Assembly (NCBI GenBank): GCA_964610095.1
Contig: CAZSUT010000004.1
Span: 1 to 60,768, forward strand
Direction of reading: 5' to 3'
From: an uncultured Nitrospirales bacterium
Lineage (GTDB): Bacteria > Nitrospirota > Nitrospiria > Nitrospirales > NS-4
DNA: 60,768 bases
Made by a program: the position numbers and the translations under genes. This document shows, piece by piece, positions 27,212 through 35,879 of this stretch. Every line of letters starts with the position of its first letter. Within the stretch, counting starts at the first letter, position 1. The notes under the pieces are model-generated. The model saw only the letters and a program-made list of their open reading frames with translations. It did no database searches and had not been told where the DNA came from.

Positions 27212-28068
27212 TGATACGAATGACCCCGATCGGCTCGGTCATGGGATTGCTTGTGTTAGCCGCGTGCTCGGCTTCGAACGTTACCACCTTCACACCCTAC
27301 CCGACACCCGACAAGAACCTGGACTTGGCGGCCCTGAATGTAGCCCATCTGAAGACGCTGACCGTCGGCCAATCGCGCGAGGAAGTTCAGGAACGGATGA
27401 AGGCCGATCCGGTGGAAGGGTGTGTCAAGTGGGGATGGTCCACATGGGCCCAGATCCAGCGCGCGCTCGGCTGGCTACCGTGCGAGAAACGCGAAGTCAT
27501 CCAGAGCCCCTATCAGACGCAGAACTTGGAGCAGGGCGGCATGCGCTATGAGGTGCTGTTCTACTACACAGGCGGCGTTGATCCTGAGGGCATGATTAGC
27601 AACAAACAGTTGACGCCGGTGATCATCGAAAACGGGAAGCTGTCCGGCTGGGGCTGGGAGCACCCGCTGGCCCAACAATTCCTGCAACCACCCACGCCCA
27701 CGGATCAGGCCGGCGACCTCAATAACCGCGCCGTCAGTTTCAGAAGCCAGGGGCGCTACGCCGAGGCAGAACCGCTGTTCCGCCAGGCTCTCGATGTCAC
27801 GGAGCACGCCAAGGGGGCGGAGCATCTGGACGTTGCCATCATCCTCAACAATCTAGGCGAGCTCTATTACGTTCAGGGCCGCTACGCCGAGGCCGAGCCC
27901 CTCTACCAGCGCGCGCTGGCTATCAAGGAGAAAGTGCTAGGACCCGACGATGTGGGGCTGGCCACGACCTTGGAGAACTACGCGGTCTTGCTCGCGAGGA
28001 CCAACCGCGAAGACCAAGCGACGAAGCTGGCCACTCGGGCCAAGTCGATCCGGGCCAAACACGAATAG
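27208..28068 (+). CDS. Lipoprotein: DUF3192-like domain + kinesin-light-chain-type TPR repeats
   Basis: Lipobox LAAC; VGQSREEV...EVLFYYT...LTPVIIENGKLSGWG; two QGRYAEAEPL(F/Y) TPRs. Confidence 0.78.
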   Translation: MMIRMTPIGSVMGLLVLAACSASNVTTFTPYPTPDKNLDLAALNVAHLKTLTVGQSREEVQERMKADPVEGCVKWGWSTWAQIQRALGWLPCEKREVIQSPYQTQNLEQGGMRYEVLFYYTGGVDPEGMISNKQLTPVIIENGKLSGWGWEHPLAQQFLQPPTPTDQAGDLNNRAVSFRSQGRYAEAEPLFRQALDVTEHAKGAEHLDVAIILNNLGELYYVQGRYAEAEPLYQRALAIKEKVLGPDDVGLATTLENYAVLLARTNREDQATKLATRAKSIRAKHE

Positions 28069-28237
28069 AGACCCAACATTTCGCCTTCCACGTCAGAGCC
28101 CTCTACGGGTATAGAAAACAGATTGTGTAGGGGCTCCCCTGCACCGGAGTCGTCGAAAACGTCCACGCCCTCCAGCGCAATGCAGAAAATCGTGGCTGTT
28201 CTTTAGACATCTCTGTTCAGGTCTCGCTCTGCCAGCA

Positions 28238-28253
28238 TGGCACGCCCTGTGCT
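28238..28253 (+). promoter_or_regulatory. sigma54 (-24/-12) promoter of the hybrid kinase gene
   Basis: TGGCACGCCCTGTGCT, ~70 bp upstream of ATG 28322. Confidence 0.65.
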
Positions 28254-28321
28254 TATGTCACAAGTTAGCTCAGGATGTCCTGTCCTCCGATAGGTCCACC
28301 TGCCTGTGGAGGGATGCGAGT

Positions 28322-29932
28322 ATGGGAACGGCGTTGCACATACTTCATCTTGAAGACAATCCAGATGATCAGGAATTGGTTCGCTTGACTCTTGTCAAAG
28401 AAGGCATGGCGTGCGAGCTCGCGTGCGTCGAGACCCACGACTACTTCCTCGCCGCTCTGAAGCAGGGCGGGTGGGACATCATCCTGGCCGACTACACGCT
28501 CCCTTCCTACGATGGATTGTCTGCGTTGAGACTTGTGCGGGAATTGTGCCCTGAAGTCCCCTTCATCTTTATTTCCGGCACCATCGGAGAGGACGCAGCG
28601 ATCGCTTGTCTGAAGGCCGGCGCCACAGACTACGTGCTGAAACACCACCTCGCACGACTGGCCCATGCCGTGCGTCGTGCCTTGCGCGAGGCTGAGGAAC
28701 GGAAGGAACGCAAGCTGGCGGACGAGGACAGAACCAGACTGGAAGAGCAGCTTCGCCAGGCTCACAAAATGGAGGCGATCGGACGTCTTGCCGGAGGCAT
28801 CGCGCATGACTTCAACAACCTGCTGACGGTCATCAACGGCTACAGTGAACTCGTGTTCAACAGCCTCGGAGCCAATCTCCTTGCTCGCAAGAACGTCGAG
28901 CAGATCAAGAAAGCGGGTCGGCGGGCCGCAACCTTGACACGCCAGCTTCTGGCCTTCAGCCGCCGGCAGGTTCTGCAACTGAAAGTGCTGGACCTGAATG
29001 CCGTGGTGACGAACTTTGAGGCCATGCTCCAGCCGCTGATCGGCGAGGACATCCTTCTGGAGGCTGTCCTGCAACCTGGATTGGGCCTCGTCAAGGTGGA
29101 TCCAGGGCAGATCGAACAGATCATCTTGAACCTGACCGTCAATGCCCGCGATGCGATGCCGGAAGGAGGCAAATTGACGATCGAGACTGCGAACGTCGAA
29201 CTGGACGAAGCGTACGCCCGCAGGCATGTCTCAGTCCGGCCCGGACCTTACGTGATGCTGGCGATCAGCGATAACGGGTGCGGGATGGACGCGGAGACCC
29301 AGGCCCGCATCTTCGAGCCATTCTTCACGACCAAAGAACACGGAAAGGGGACCGGTCTTGGCCTGGCCACGGTCTACGGCATTGTCAAACAGAGTGGCGG
29401 CAACATATGGGTCTATAGCGAGCCCGGAAAAGGGACGACGTTCAAAATCTACCTGCCTCGCGTCGAGGGCGTCGCCGAGGGGAGCGAGCCGGCCCATCCT
29501 CGTTCCTCGATACTCCGTGGCTCAGAAACGATTCTTCTCGTGGAAGACGAGGACATGGTTCGAAGCTTGGCGCGGGAGATCCTTGAAGCGCATGGCTATG
29601 CCGTGTCGGAAGCGCGTGATAGCACGGAGGCCCTGCTCATCTGCCATACGCATTCCAGTTCGATCCATCTGCTGGTGACCGATGTTGTGATGCCGGGGTT
29701 GAGCGGCCGTGAACTGGCTGCGCGAATGGGGACTATTCATCCAGAGACAAAGGTGCTTTACATGTCCGGCTACACTGATGACGCAATCGTCCGCCATGGG
29801 GTGTTGAACGCAGGTTTGGCGTTTCTCCAAAAGCCATTCTCAGCGAATGCCTTCTTGTGCAAGGTAAGGGAGGTGCTCGACTCGCCGTCAAGCCATACGG
29901 TCTACGGCAGGATGACGGTCTCCTCGGAATAG
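28322..29932 (+). CDS. Hybrid histidine kinase, REC-HisKA-HATPase-REC (CckA-type), no sensor domain
   Basis: LHLEDN..D, DIILADY; [13 protein letters not shown]; NARDAM, DNGCGM, KGTGLGL; LLVEDE, DVVMP. Confidence 0.92.
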   Translation: MGTALHILHLEDNPDDQELVRLTLVKEGMACELACVETHDYFLAALKQGGWDIILADYTLPSYDGLSALRLVRELCPEVPFIFISGTIGEDAAIACLKAGATDYVLKHHLARLAHAVRRALREAEERKERKLADEDRTRLEEQLRQAHKMEAIGRLAGGIAHDFNNLLTVINGYSELVFNSLGANLLARKNVEQIKKAGRRAATLTRQLLAFSRRQVLQLKVLDLNAVVTNFEAMLQPLIGEDILLEAVLQPGLGLVKVDPGQIEQIILNLTVNARDAMPEGGKLTIETANVELDEAYARRHVSVRPGPYVMLAISDNGCGMDAETQARIFEPFFTTKEHGKGTGLGLATVYGIVKQSGGNIWVYSEPGKGTTFKIYLPRVEGVAEGSEPAHPRSSILRGSETILLVEDEDMVRSLAREILEAHGYAVSEARDSTEALLICHTHSSSIHLLVTDVVMPGLSGRELAARMGTIHPETKVLYMSGYTDDAIVRHGVLNAGLAFLQKPFSANAFLCKVREVLDSPSSHTVYGRMTVSSE

Positions 29933-30630
29933 CCGAGATCCTTGAGGGTGCTTTCCAAGGCCTCCATCATCGGTGGGGGGCCGCAGAGGAAGACGACCGT
30001 GTCAGGACCTGGCGGTGGGAGACGCTGGCGCAGAATGTCTACGGCGACCCGCCCGACACCCATTGTCCAGTCCGCGGGTGGCTGTTCGAGCACGTGATAG
30101 CAGTGGAAGTTTGGATGTTCGCGCACGTCCCGATCCCATTCCTCCCGGAAGATGATGTCCGCCTCGGTCTTGTTTGCGAAGACTAGAAACAGTTCAACGT
30201 CAAGCCGCTTCATCAGGATCCAGCGGATGATGGCAATCATCGGTGTGATGCCGGTCCCGCCGGCGACGAAGCCGACCTTCTTGGCCATCCCGTCCACCCA
30301 GTGCCCACCCATGTTCGGCCCGCTCATCAGTACGGTGTCGCCTACCTTCCGCTCGTGCACGTACTTGGAGATGACGCCGGTCTCATAACGCTTGATCGTC
30401 AAGTCGAAATAGCCCACGGTGTCGGGCAGCGACGATGGTGTATAGGGCCGCTTAACGGCCTTGCCGTTGATCGTAGCGTGCACGTACAGGTGGTCGCCCG
30501 GCACCATGTCCAGCGTGGCGTTCTCCGGCAGGGCGAAGCGGAAGGTCTTGGTGTCGTGCGTTTCGACGCTGATCGCCGTGATAGGGTAGGGCGCCGGCGT
30601 CTTCGTCTTGATGCGCGTGATGTCTGCCAT
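29902..30630 (-). CDS. FAD/NAD(P)H oxidoreductase (cytochrome b5 reductase-like)
   Basis: KRPYTP, GVISKY, AGGTGITPM, VFLCGPPPMM. Confidence 0.9.
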   Translation of the reverse strand: MADITRIKTKTPAPYPITAISVETHDTKTFRFALPENATLDMVPGDHLYVHATINGKAVKRPYTPSSLPDTVGYFDLTIKRYETGVISKYVHERKVGDTVLMSGPNMGGHWVDGMAKKVGFVAGGTGITPMIAIIRWILMKRLDVELFLVFANKTEADIIFREEWDRDVREHPNFHCYHVLEQPPADWTMGVGRVAVDILRQRLPPPGPDTVVFLCGPPPMMEALESTLKDLGYSEETVILP

Positions 30631-30736
30631 GGTGTACGGATCATAGCCTGCGCGTCTGGGTCTGGCAACTCGTGCCGTCAACTGAGAGTCCGGTTGATTG
30701 ACACCTCACCTCTCGCGGGATATTCTGTCCGGACCA

Positions 30737-31612
30737 ATGCCTACGCCGATACGTGAGACCGCGCCGTTGCTGATGCCGCGCTCGCTGGTCGGGCCGCTCA
30801 TGCAGCTGTACGACTATCCGCACCCGCGCAAGCCTGGCCGGGTGATCCGCGGCTACGACCGCCACCATGCGCTTCGCACCGCCCGCATGTGCGCAGCGGT
30901 CGCGCGGCGGCTGGGTCACTCCGATGAACGAATGGAGCGGTACCAGATCGCGTGCCTGCTGCATGATTTGGGACGGGCGGGCCTCGATCAGGAGCTGTTC
31001 GGCAGGATCTGGTCCTGGGCCCGGGCGAACGGCATTCCCACAAGGCCCCGTGAATGGCGCGCGGTCCATCCGTCCACTCCGTACGGCCGGGAGACGGAGG
31101 CGTTTCTGGAGCGCTATGCCCAGGACCTCACCAGGCGCGGCGTGCCGCTCGATTCCTGGACCACCGAGCAGGTGGAGATGCGTCTGGGCTACGCGCGCCG
31201 TCTGGCCCGGCAGTTGCGCGTAGCCAGGCCCAAGCTAACCCGGCTCGGCGTGAAGTGGGCGCCGTGGATGGAGCGCGTCATGCTCTACTATTACTATCCC
31301 GAGAAGCTGAATGGGTCGGCGCGGTGGGTCCGGGAGCTGGCCGAGGTCTTGGTGGCGTGCGAGCAGTTCGAGGCCTACAGCAACCGCCAGCGCGGGCGCG
31401 ACTACTACACGCGTAAGAAGGAGAGTTTGCCTGAGGCCTTCGCCTACCTCGACAAGCTGCAGGTGGAGGGCATCCTGAGCCCGCGTGTGGTGCAGACGGT
31501 GCGCGAGCTGGCCGCGGCGGGCGCGTTCGATCAACTGCTTGCCGAGTCACGCGGCGCCGCGCTGCCGCGTCGGGAGCTCCGGTACTTGCGCAGCCTGAAG
31601 CGGAATGGCTGA
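30737..31612 (+). CDS. HD-domain-like hypothetical protein
   Basis: HHALRTA...ACLLHDLGR, and a distal ACEQFEAYSN resembling the 'AD.FDA' HD motif. Confidence 0.65.
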   Translation: MPTPIRETAPLLMPRSLVGPLMQLYDYPHPRKPGRVIRGYDRHHALRTARMCAAVARRLGHSDERMERYQIACLLHDLGRAGLDQELFGRIWSWARANGIPTRPREWRAVHPSTPYGRETEAFLERYAQDLTRRGVPLDSWTTEQVEMRLGYARRLARQLRVARPKLTRLGVKWAPWMERVMLYYYYPEKLNGSARWVRELAEVLVACEQFEAYSNRQRGRDYYTRKKESLPEAFAYLDKLQVEGILSPRVVQTVRELAAAGAFDQLLAESRGAALPRRELRYLRSLKRNG

Positions 31613-32036
31613 GATGAGCGTCAAGACCATCCCGATCCGGCTGGACATGCGCGGCAACACCCAGATCGAGAACATCACGAAGCGGGTCCAGGAAGCGGTG
31701 GCCGAAACCGGCCTGAAAGCCGGGATCGCCACGGTCTTCATCCGGCACACTACCGCCTCTGTGATGCTCATCGAGGACGAGCCTGGCATCCGCGCCGACA
31801 CCAAGGCGATCTGGGACCGCCTGATCCCGGACGACGCGCGCTGGGAGCACAACACCCGCAATCCTGGCGAGGACAACGCCCACAGCCACCTGCGGGGGCA
31901 TCTGCAAGGACCGTCGGTGACCATCCCCTTCACCGACGGCGCGCTGCTGCTCGGCACGTGGCAACAGATCGTCGTGGTGGATTTCGACACGCGGCCCAGA
32001 AAGCGCGACCTCGTGGTCCAGGTGGTCGGCGAGTAG
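31605..32036 (+). CDS. yjbQ: YjbQ/UPF0047 family (secondary thiamine-phosphate synthase-like)
   Basis: HTTAS, NAHSHL, LLLGTWQ, DFD; start may be 31614. Confidence 0.88.
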   Translation: MAEMSVKTIPIRLDMRGNTQIENITKRVQEAVAETGLKAGIATVFIRHTTASVMLIEDEPGIRADTKAIWDRLIPDDARWEHNTRNPGEDNAHSHLRGHLQGPSVTIPFTDGALLLGTWQQIVVVDFDTRPRKRDLVVQVVGE

Positions 32037-32082
32037 CCGTATTCGTCCTTCCCCCTCTATCCTTTTCATCGTCGTACTGGCG

Positions 32083-32805
32083 GTGGTGCTGCTCGTCTGG
32101 CCGGTCGCGGGCGAGCAGGACTGCGAGGTCCACATCAACGACCTGGGGCGCAGCTTTCCTCTCGACAGAATGGAGCGCCATGCCCTGTGCCGCTTGGCCG
32201 GCGTCGTCAACGATGCCACGACCAGCCACGTCAACCCGCCAGTCCTGACGCCGATCCGCAAGCCGGTCTACGACTTTTTGCTGGACCACGTGGTCCTGAC
32301 CGCCGCGCTGGTCCGCACGCTGGGAATTGGCCAATACACCGTCGAGCGGGTCGGGGCGCAGGGTTTCCAGGGGGACGACGGGCTCGGGTCTGAGGCGCTG
32401 GTCGATCTGCTCAACCAAAACTCGACGCAGCGGGTCTACCACATCCAGGGCACGCATCACGGCAACGTCCTGATGATTTCCGGGGAAGCGATCGTCATGC
32501 TCACCTCGCAGACTCGGACCGGCAGCGACGGGAAGGAGTACGTCGAGACGCGGATGGTGGTCTATTCGCGGCTGGACAACCCCATGCTGGCGACGCTGGT
32601 CAAGGTGCTGCAGCCATTCCTGCGTGGGGTGATCAACGGGAAATTAGCCGGCCCCTTTCTTGCCGTCCACCGGCTCGGCGAGCTGATTGCCGCCAATCCC
32701 GAGAAGGTCTACCGGCAGGCCGAAACCATTTCGGAACTTGACAAGACTGAGCTCGATGCCCTGCGCGTCCTGCTCTTACCATCCCTTACTCCTCCACCCC
32801 CTTGA
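32083..32805 (+). CDS. Hypothetical exported protein
   Basis: 240-aa ORF with coding-like codon usage and a short hydrophobic N-terminus; start uncertain. Confidence 0.6.
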   Translation: MVLLVWPVAGEQDCEVHINDLGRSFPLDRMERHALCRLAGVVNDATTSHVNPPVLTPIRKPVYDFLLDHVVLTAALVRTLGIGQYTVERVGAQGFQGDDGLGSEALVDLLNQNSTQRVYHIQGTHHGNVLMISGEAIVMLTSQTRTGSDGKEYVETRMVVYSRLDNPMLATLVKVLQPFLRGVINGKLAGPFLAVHRLGELIAANPEKVYRQAETISELDKTELDALRVLLLPSLTPPPP

Positions 32806-33994
32806 CGATCTTCCCACTCTGGATCACGTACCTCAGTCGGGCAGACTTTTCCAGCAGGGCGATGTCGTCCAACGGATTGCCCTTTACCACAATCAGGTCG
32901 GCCTGCTTGCCGGCTTCGACCGTGCCGATCTCCTGCTCGAGGCCGAGCAGGGTCGCGGCCGAGCGGGTGGCGGCTTCGATCGCCCGCATCGGCGTGAGCC
33001 CGAGCTGTACCATCCGGCGCAGCTCCTGCGCGTTGCGCCCGTGGTGGTTGAAGGGCGTGCCGGCGTCGGTGCCCATGGCGATCCGCACGCCGGCCTTGAC
33101 CGCCTTCCGGAAGTTCTTCCGCTGCGCCTCCGCCATCCCGGCGCATTTCTCGAGCGCGTAGTCCGGCATCCCGCCCTGCTTGCCGTGCTCGAATCCGGAC
33201 TGGATGGCCGAGAGGGTCGGGACGAGAAAGGTCCGGCGCTCGAGGAACAGGTCCAGCGCCTCGTCATCCAGCAAGGTCCCGTGCTCGATGGAGTGGACAC
33301 CGGCGCGGAGGGCGTTCTTCATGCCTTCGGCGCCGTGCGCGTGGGCCGCGACGCGCCGGCCCGCGCGCACGGCCTCTTCGACGCCGGCCCGCAGCTCTTC
33401 CATCGTGAGTTGCGCCGTGCCAGGGGAGGTCCCTGGCGTCAGCACGCCGCCCGTCGCGATGAATTTGATGACGTCCGCGCCCGCGCGAATCTGCTCGGCC
33501 ACCGCCTTGACGATCTCGTCCGGCCCGTCGGCCTGGCGGCCGATGAACCAGGCGTGCCCGCCTGGCATGCAGATCACCAGGCCCGCGTTGAGCGTGCGGG
33601 GACCCGGGATGATCCCGGCCTTGATCGCGCGGGTGACCGAGATCGAGATGTGCTCGCGGGAGCCGACGTCCCGGACCGTCGTGATCCCGGCTTCCAGAGT
33701 CGCTCGCGCGTGGGTGACGGCTTTGATGGCGGTGGCGGTCGGATCGTCCTGTTCGAGCGTTCGGATCGCATCCGGACCGGCGTCCAGGCAGTAGTGAACG
33801 TGGCAATCAATCAAGCCGGGGAGAAGGGCGAGGCCATGGCCTTCGATCACCTGTGAGCCACGCGGGACCTTGACCCGGCCGTCGGAGCCGACCGCGGCGA
33901 TCCGATCACCGTCCACCACGACTGTGGCCCGCTCCAGCTTGGCGCCGGTGCCGTCAATAAGCAGCACCCGGCGGATCGCGAGCGGCGCGCTCAC
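32786..33994 (-). CDS. Metal-dependent amidohydrolase (Xaa-Pro dipeptidase/imidazolonepropionase-like)
   Basis: PGLIDCHVH, DVIKFIATGG, AAHAHG, IEHG, MGTDAG; GTG start overlapping the bcp stop. Confidence 0.9.
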   Translation of the reverse strand: MSAPLAIRRVLLIDGTGAKLERATVVVDGDRIAAVGSDGRVKVPRGSQVIEGHGLALLPGLIDCHVHYCLDAGPDAIRTLEQDDPTATAIKAVTHARATLEAGITTVRDVGSREHISISVTRAIKAGIIPGPRTLNAGLVICMPGGHAWFIGRQADGPDEIVKAVAEQIRAGADVIKFIATGGVLTPGTSPGTAQLTMEELRAGVEEAVRAGRRVAAHAHGAEGMKNALRAGVHSIEHGTLLDDEALDLFLERRTFLVPTLSAIQSGFEHGKQGGMPDYALEKCAGMAEAQRKNFRKAVKAGVRIAMGTDAGTPFNHHGRNAQELRRMVQLGLTPMRAIEAATRSAATLLGLEQEIGTVEAGKQADLIVVKGNPLDDIALLEKSARLRYVIQSGKIVKGVEE

Positions 33995-34458
33995 CCCTTC
34001 AGCGCGGCCTGGACCTCGCCGACGTGGCCGTCCACTTTCACCTTGCGGAAGATCGCCTTGAGCTTGCCGGTTTCGTCGATGATGAACGTGCTGCGCTCGA
34101 TTCCCCAGTAGGTTTTCCCGTACATGTTCTTCTTCTTGTAGACCCCGTAGGCCTTCGAGACCGTGCCGTCCCCATCGCACAACAGCGTGAAGGGGAGGCT
34201 GTATTTCTTGATGAACTTTTGATGGGACTCGGCGTCGTCCATGCTGACGCCCAGCACGACGGTGTTGGCCTTCTCGATCGCGCTCAAGGAGTCCCGAAAG
34301 CCGCACGCCTCCTTGGTGCATCCCGGCGTGTCGTCCTTGGGGTAGAAGTAGAGCACCAACTGTTTGCCTTTGAGGCTCTTCAGACTGACCGTCTTGCCAT
34401 CCTGGTCGGGCAGGGAGAAGTCGGGGGGCTTGTCGCCTATCTGCAACTCATCGGCCAT
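33991..34458 (-). CDS. bcp: Thioredoxin-dependent peroxiredoxin BCP
   Basis: YFYPKDDTPGCTKEAC, ERSTFIID. Confidence 0.95.
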   Translation of the reverse strand: MADELQIGDKPPDFSLPDQDGKTVSLKSLKGKQLVLYFYPKDDTPGCTKEACGFRDSLSAIEKANTVVLGVSMDDAESHQKFIKKYSLPFTLLCDGDGTVSKAYGVYKKKNMYGKTYWGIERSTFIIDETGKLKAIFRKVKVDGHVGEVQAALKG

Positions 34459-34524
34459 GGTACCCCCTTAAGCAAAGCAGGTGGTGGTCTCCATTGCACC
34501 ACCGCCCGGGTGAATCAACCGAGA

Positions 34525-35790
34525 TCATGTTGCTGTGGCGTAGGCCTGCAGGGCGGCGGTCAGGGCCGCGCCGCTCTGCTTGGTCCACCCATGTTGACCG
34601 AAGATTTGTTCCAGTGTGGACAGCAGCGTCACCACGTGTTCATGCCGCGAGGATTCGCCCATCAATCCGATGCGCCACACCTGGCCGGCGAGTGGGCCGA
34701 GCCCGCCGCCGATTTCGATACCGAATTCGGCAAGCAGCGTCTTGCGCACCGCCGCTTCGTCCACGCCGGCGGGTACGCGCACGCAGTTCAACGTAGGCAG
34801 CCGGTGTCCGGTCTGTGCCTGGGGCTCGCACCCCAGCGTCGCCAGCCCGGCCATGAGCGCTGCGCTGTTGCGGTAGTGGCGGTCAAACCGGGCCTCCAAC
34901 CCTTCCTCCACCACGAGGCGCAGGGCTTCACGCAGCGCATAGATCATGCTGATAGGCGCCGTATGGTGGTAGGCGCGTTTTCCTTCTGCCCAGTAGTCCG
35001 CGATCATCGACAGGTCGAGGTACCAGCTCTGCACCTTCGTCTTGCGCCCCTTGACCACCTCCAGGGCGCGTCGGCTCAAGGTCAGCGGGGCGAGTCCAGG
35101 CGGACAGCTTAGGCATTTCTGTGTCCCGCTGTAGCAGGCGTCGATCCCCCACGCGTCCACCCGCACGGGCACGCCGCCGAGGGACGTGACGGCGTCCACG
35201 ACAAGGAGCGCCTCGTACTGCCGGCAGAGCGGGCCTATCTCCTCCATCGGCTGATGGGCGCCGGTGGAGGTCTCCGCATGGACCAGGGCGACCACTTTGA
35301 TGGAGCCCGCCTGCTTGAGCGCGTCCTCCAAGCGGTGCGGGTCAATGATCTGTCCCCACGGGACATCGAGTGTGACTGCCTTGCCGCCCGCGCGTCCCAC
35401 GATGTCGGCCATGCGCGTACCGAATACGCCGTTTACGCCCACGATCACGGTGTCGCCTGGCTCGATCAGGTTCACCAGCGTGGCCTCCATGCCGGCCGAG
35501 CCGGTGCCGGACACGGCGATGGTGAAGGGGTTGTCCGTCTGGAAGACCGTGCGGAGCAGGGCCTGCACCTCGTTCATGATCGTGAGGAATTCAGGGTCCA
35601 GATGGCCGAGCAGCGGCGTGCTCATCGCGCGGAGCACGCGGGGATGGACGAGGCTGGGACCAGGACCGAGCAGGAGCCGAGGAGAAGGAACCAGTTCGGA
35701 CACGGCCTTCGGGACAGAAGCCTGTCCCGACAGGCTTGGGGTGGGCGGGTGCGACGACGCCTGGGGCGGGGGGATGTAACCGAGCGACAT
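34525..35790 (-). CDS. Alanine-glyoxylate/serine-pyruvate aminotransferase (class V PLP)
   Basis: LLLGPGPS, HAETSTG, VDAVTS, SGTQKCL, WRIGLMG; Pro-rich N-terminal extension. Confidence 0.92.
   Translation of the reverse strand: MSLGYIPPPQASSHPPTPSLSGQASVPKAVSELVPSPRLLLGPGPSLVHPRVLRAMSTPLLGHLDPEFLTIMNEVQALLRTVFQTDNPFTIAVSGTGSAGMEATLVNLIEPGDTVIVGVNGVFGTRMADIVGRAGGKAVTLDVPWGQIIDPHRLEDALKQAGSIKVVALVHAETSTGAHQPMEEIGPLCRQYEALLVVDAVTSLGGVPVRVDAWGIDACYSGTQKCLSCPPGLAPLTLSRRALEVVKGRKTKVQSWYLDLSMIADYWAEGKRAYHHTAPISMIYALREALRLVVEEGLEARFDRHYRNSAALMAGLATLGCEPQAQTGHRLPTLNCVRVPAGVDEAAVRKTLLAEFGIEIGGGLGPLAGQVWRIGLMGESSRHEHVVTLLSTLEQIFGQHGWTKQSGAALTAALQAYATAT
35708..35776 (-). repeat. Intragenic repeat element forming the aminotransferase N-terminus
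   Basis: Two variants of the left motif (CATCCCCCCGCCCCAGGCG, CACCCGCCCACCCCAAGCC) followed by overlapping hairpins AAGCCTGT/ACAGGCTT and TCGGGACAG/CTGTCCCGA. Confidence 0.55.
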
Positions 35791-35879
35791 GGGCGCATTA
35801 TACCGATTGCACCGGCAATGTGAAACGCCCGTTTGGGGCGCGTCGTTCCACGGTCAATTTGGTGCTATACTCCCGCCCC

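Noticed and set aside
28265-29227. 320-aa antisense ORF over the hybrid kinase, and similar long antisense ORFs over the activator, SDR, TBDR and RND genes
   Set aside because: These are typical shadow ORFs of GC-rich coding sequence; the opposite strand carries the recognisable motifs.
33995-34321. Apparent bcp-amidohydrolase fusion (511-aa ORF)
   Set aside because: The extension is out of frame with bcp; the amidohydrolase begins at the GTG overlapping the bcp stop.
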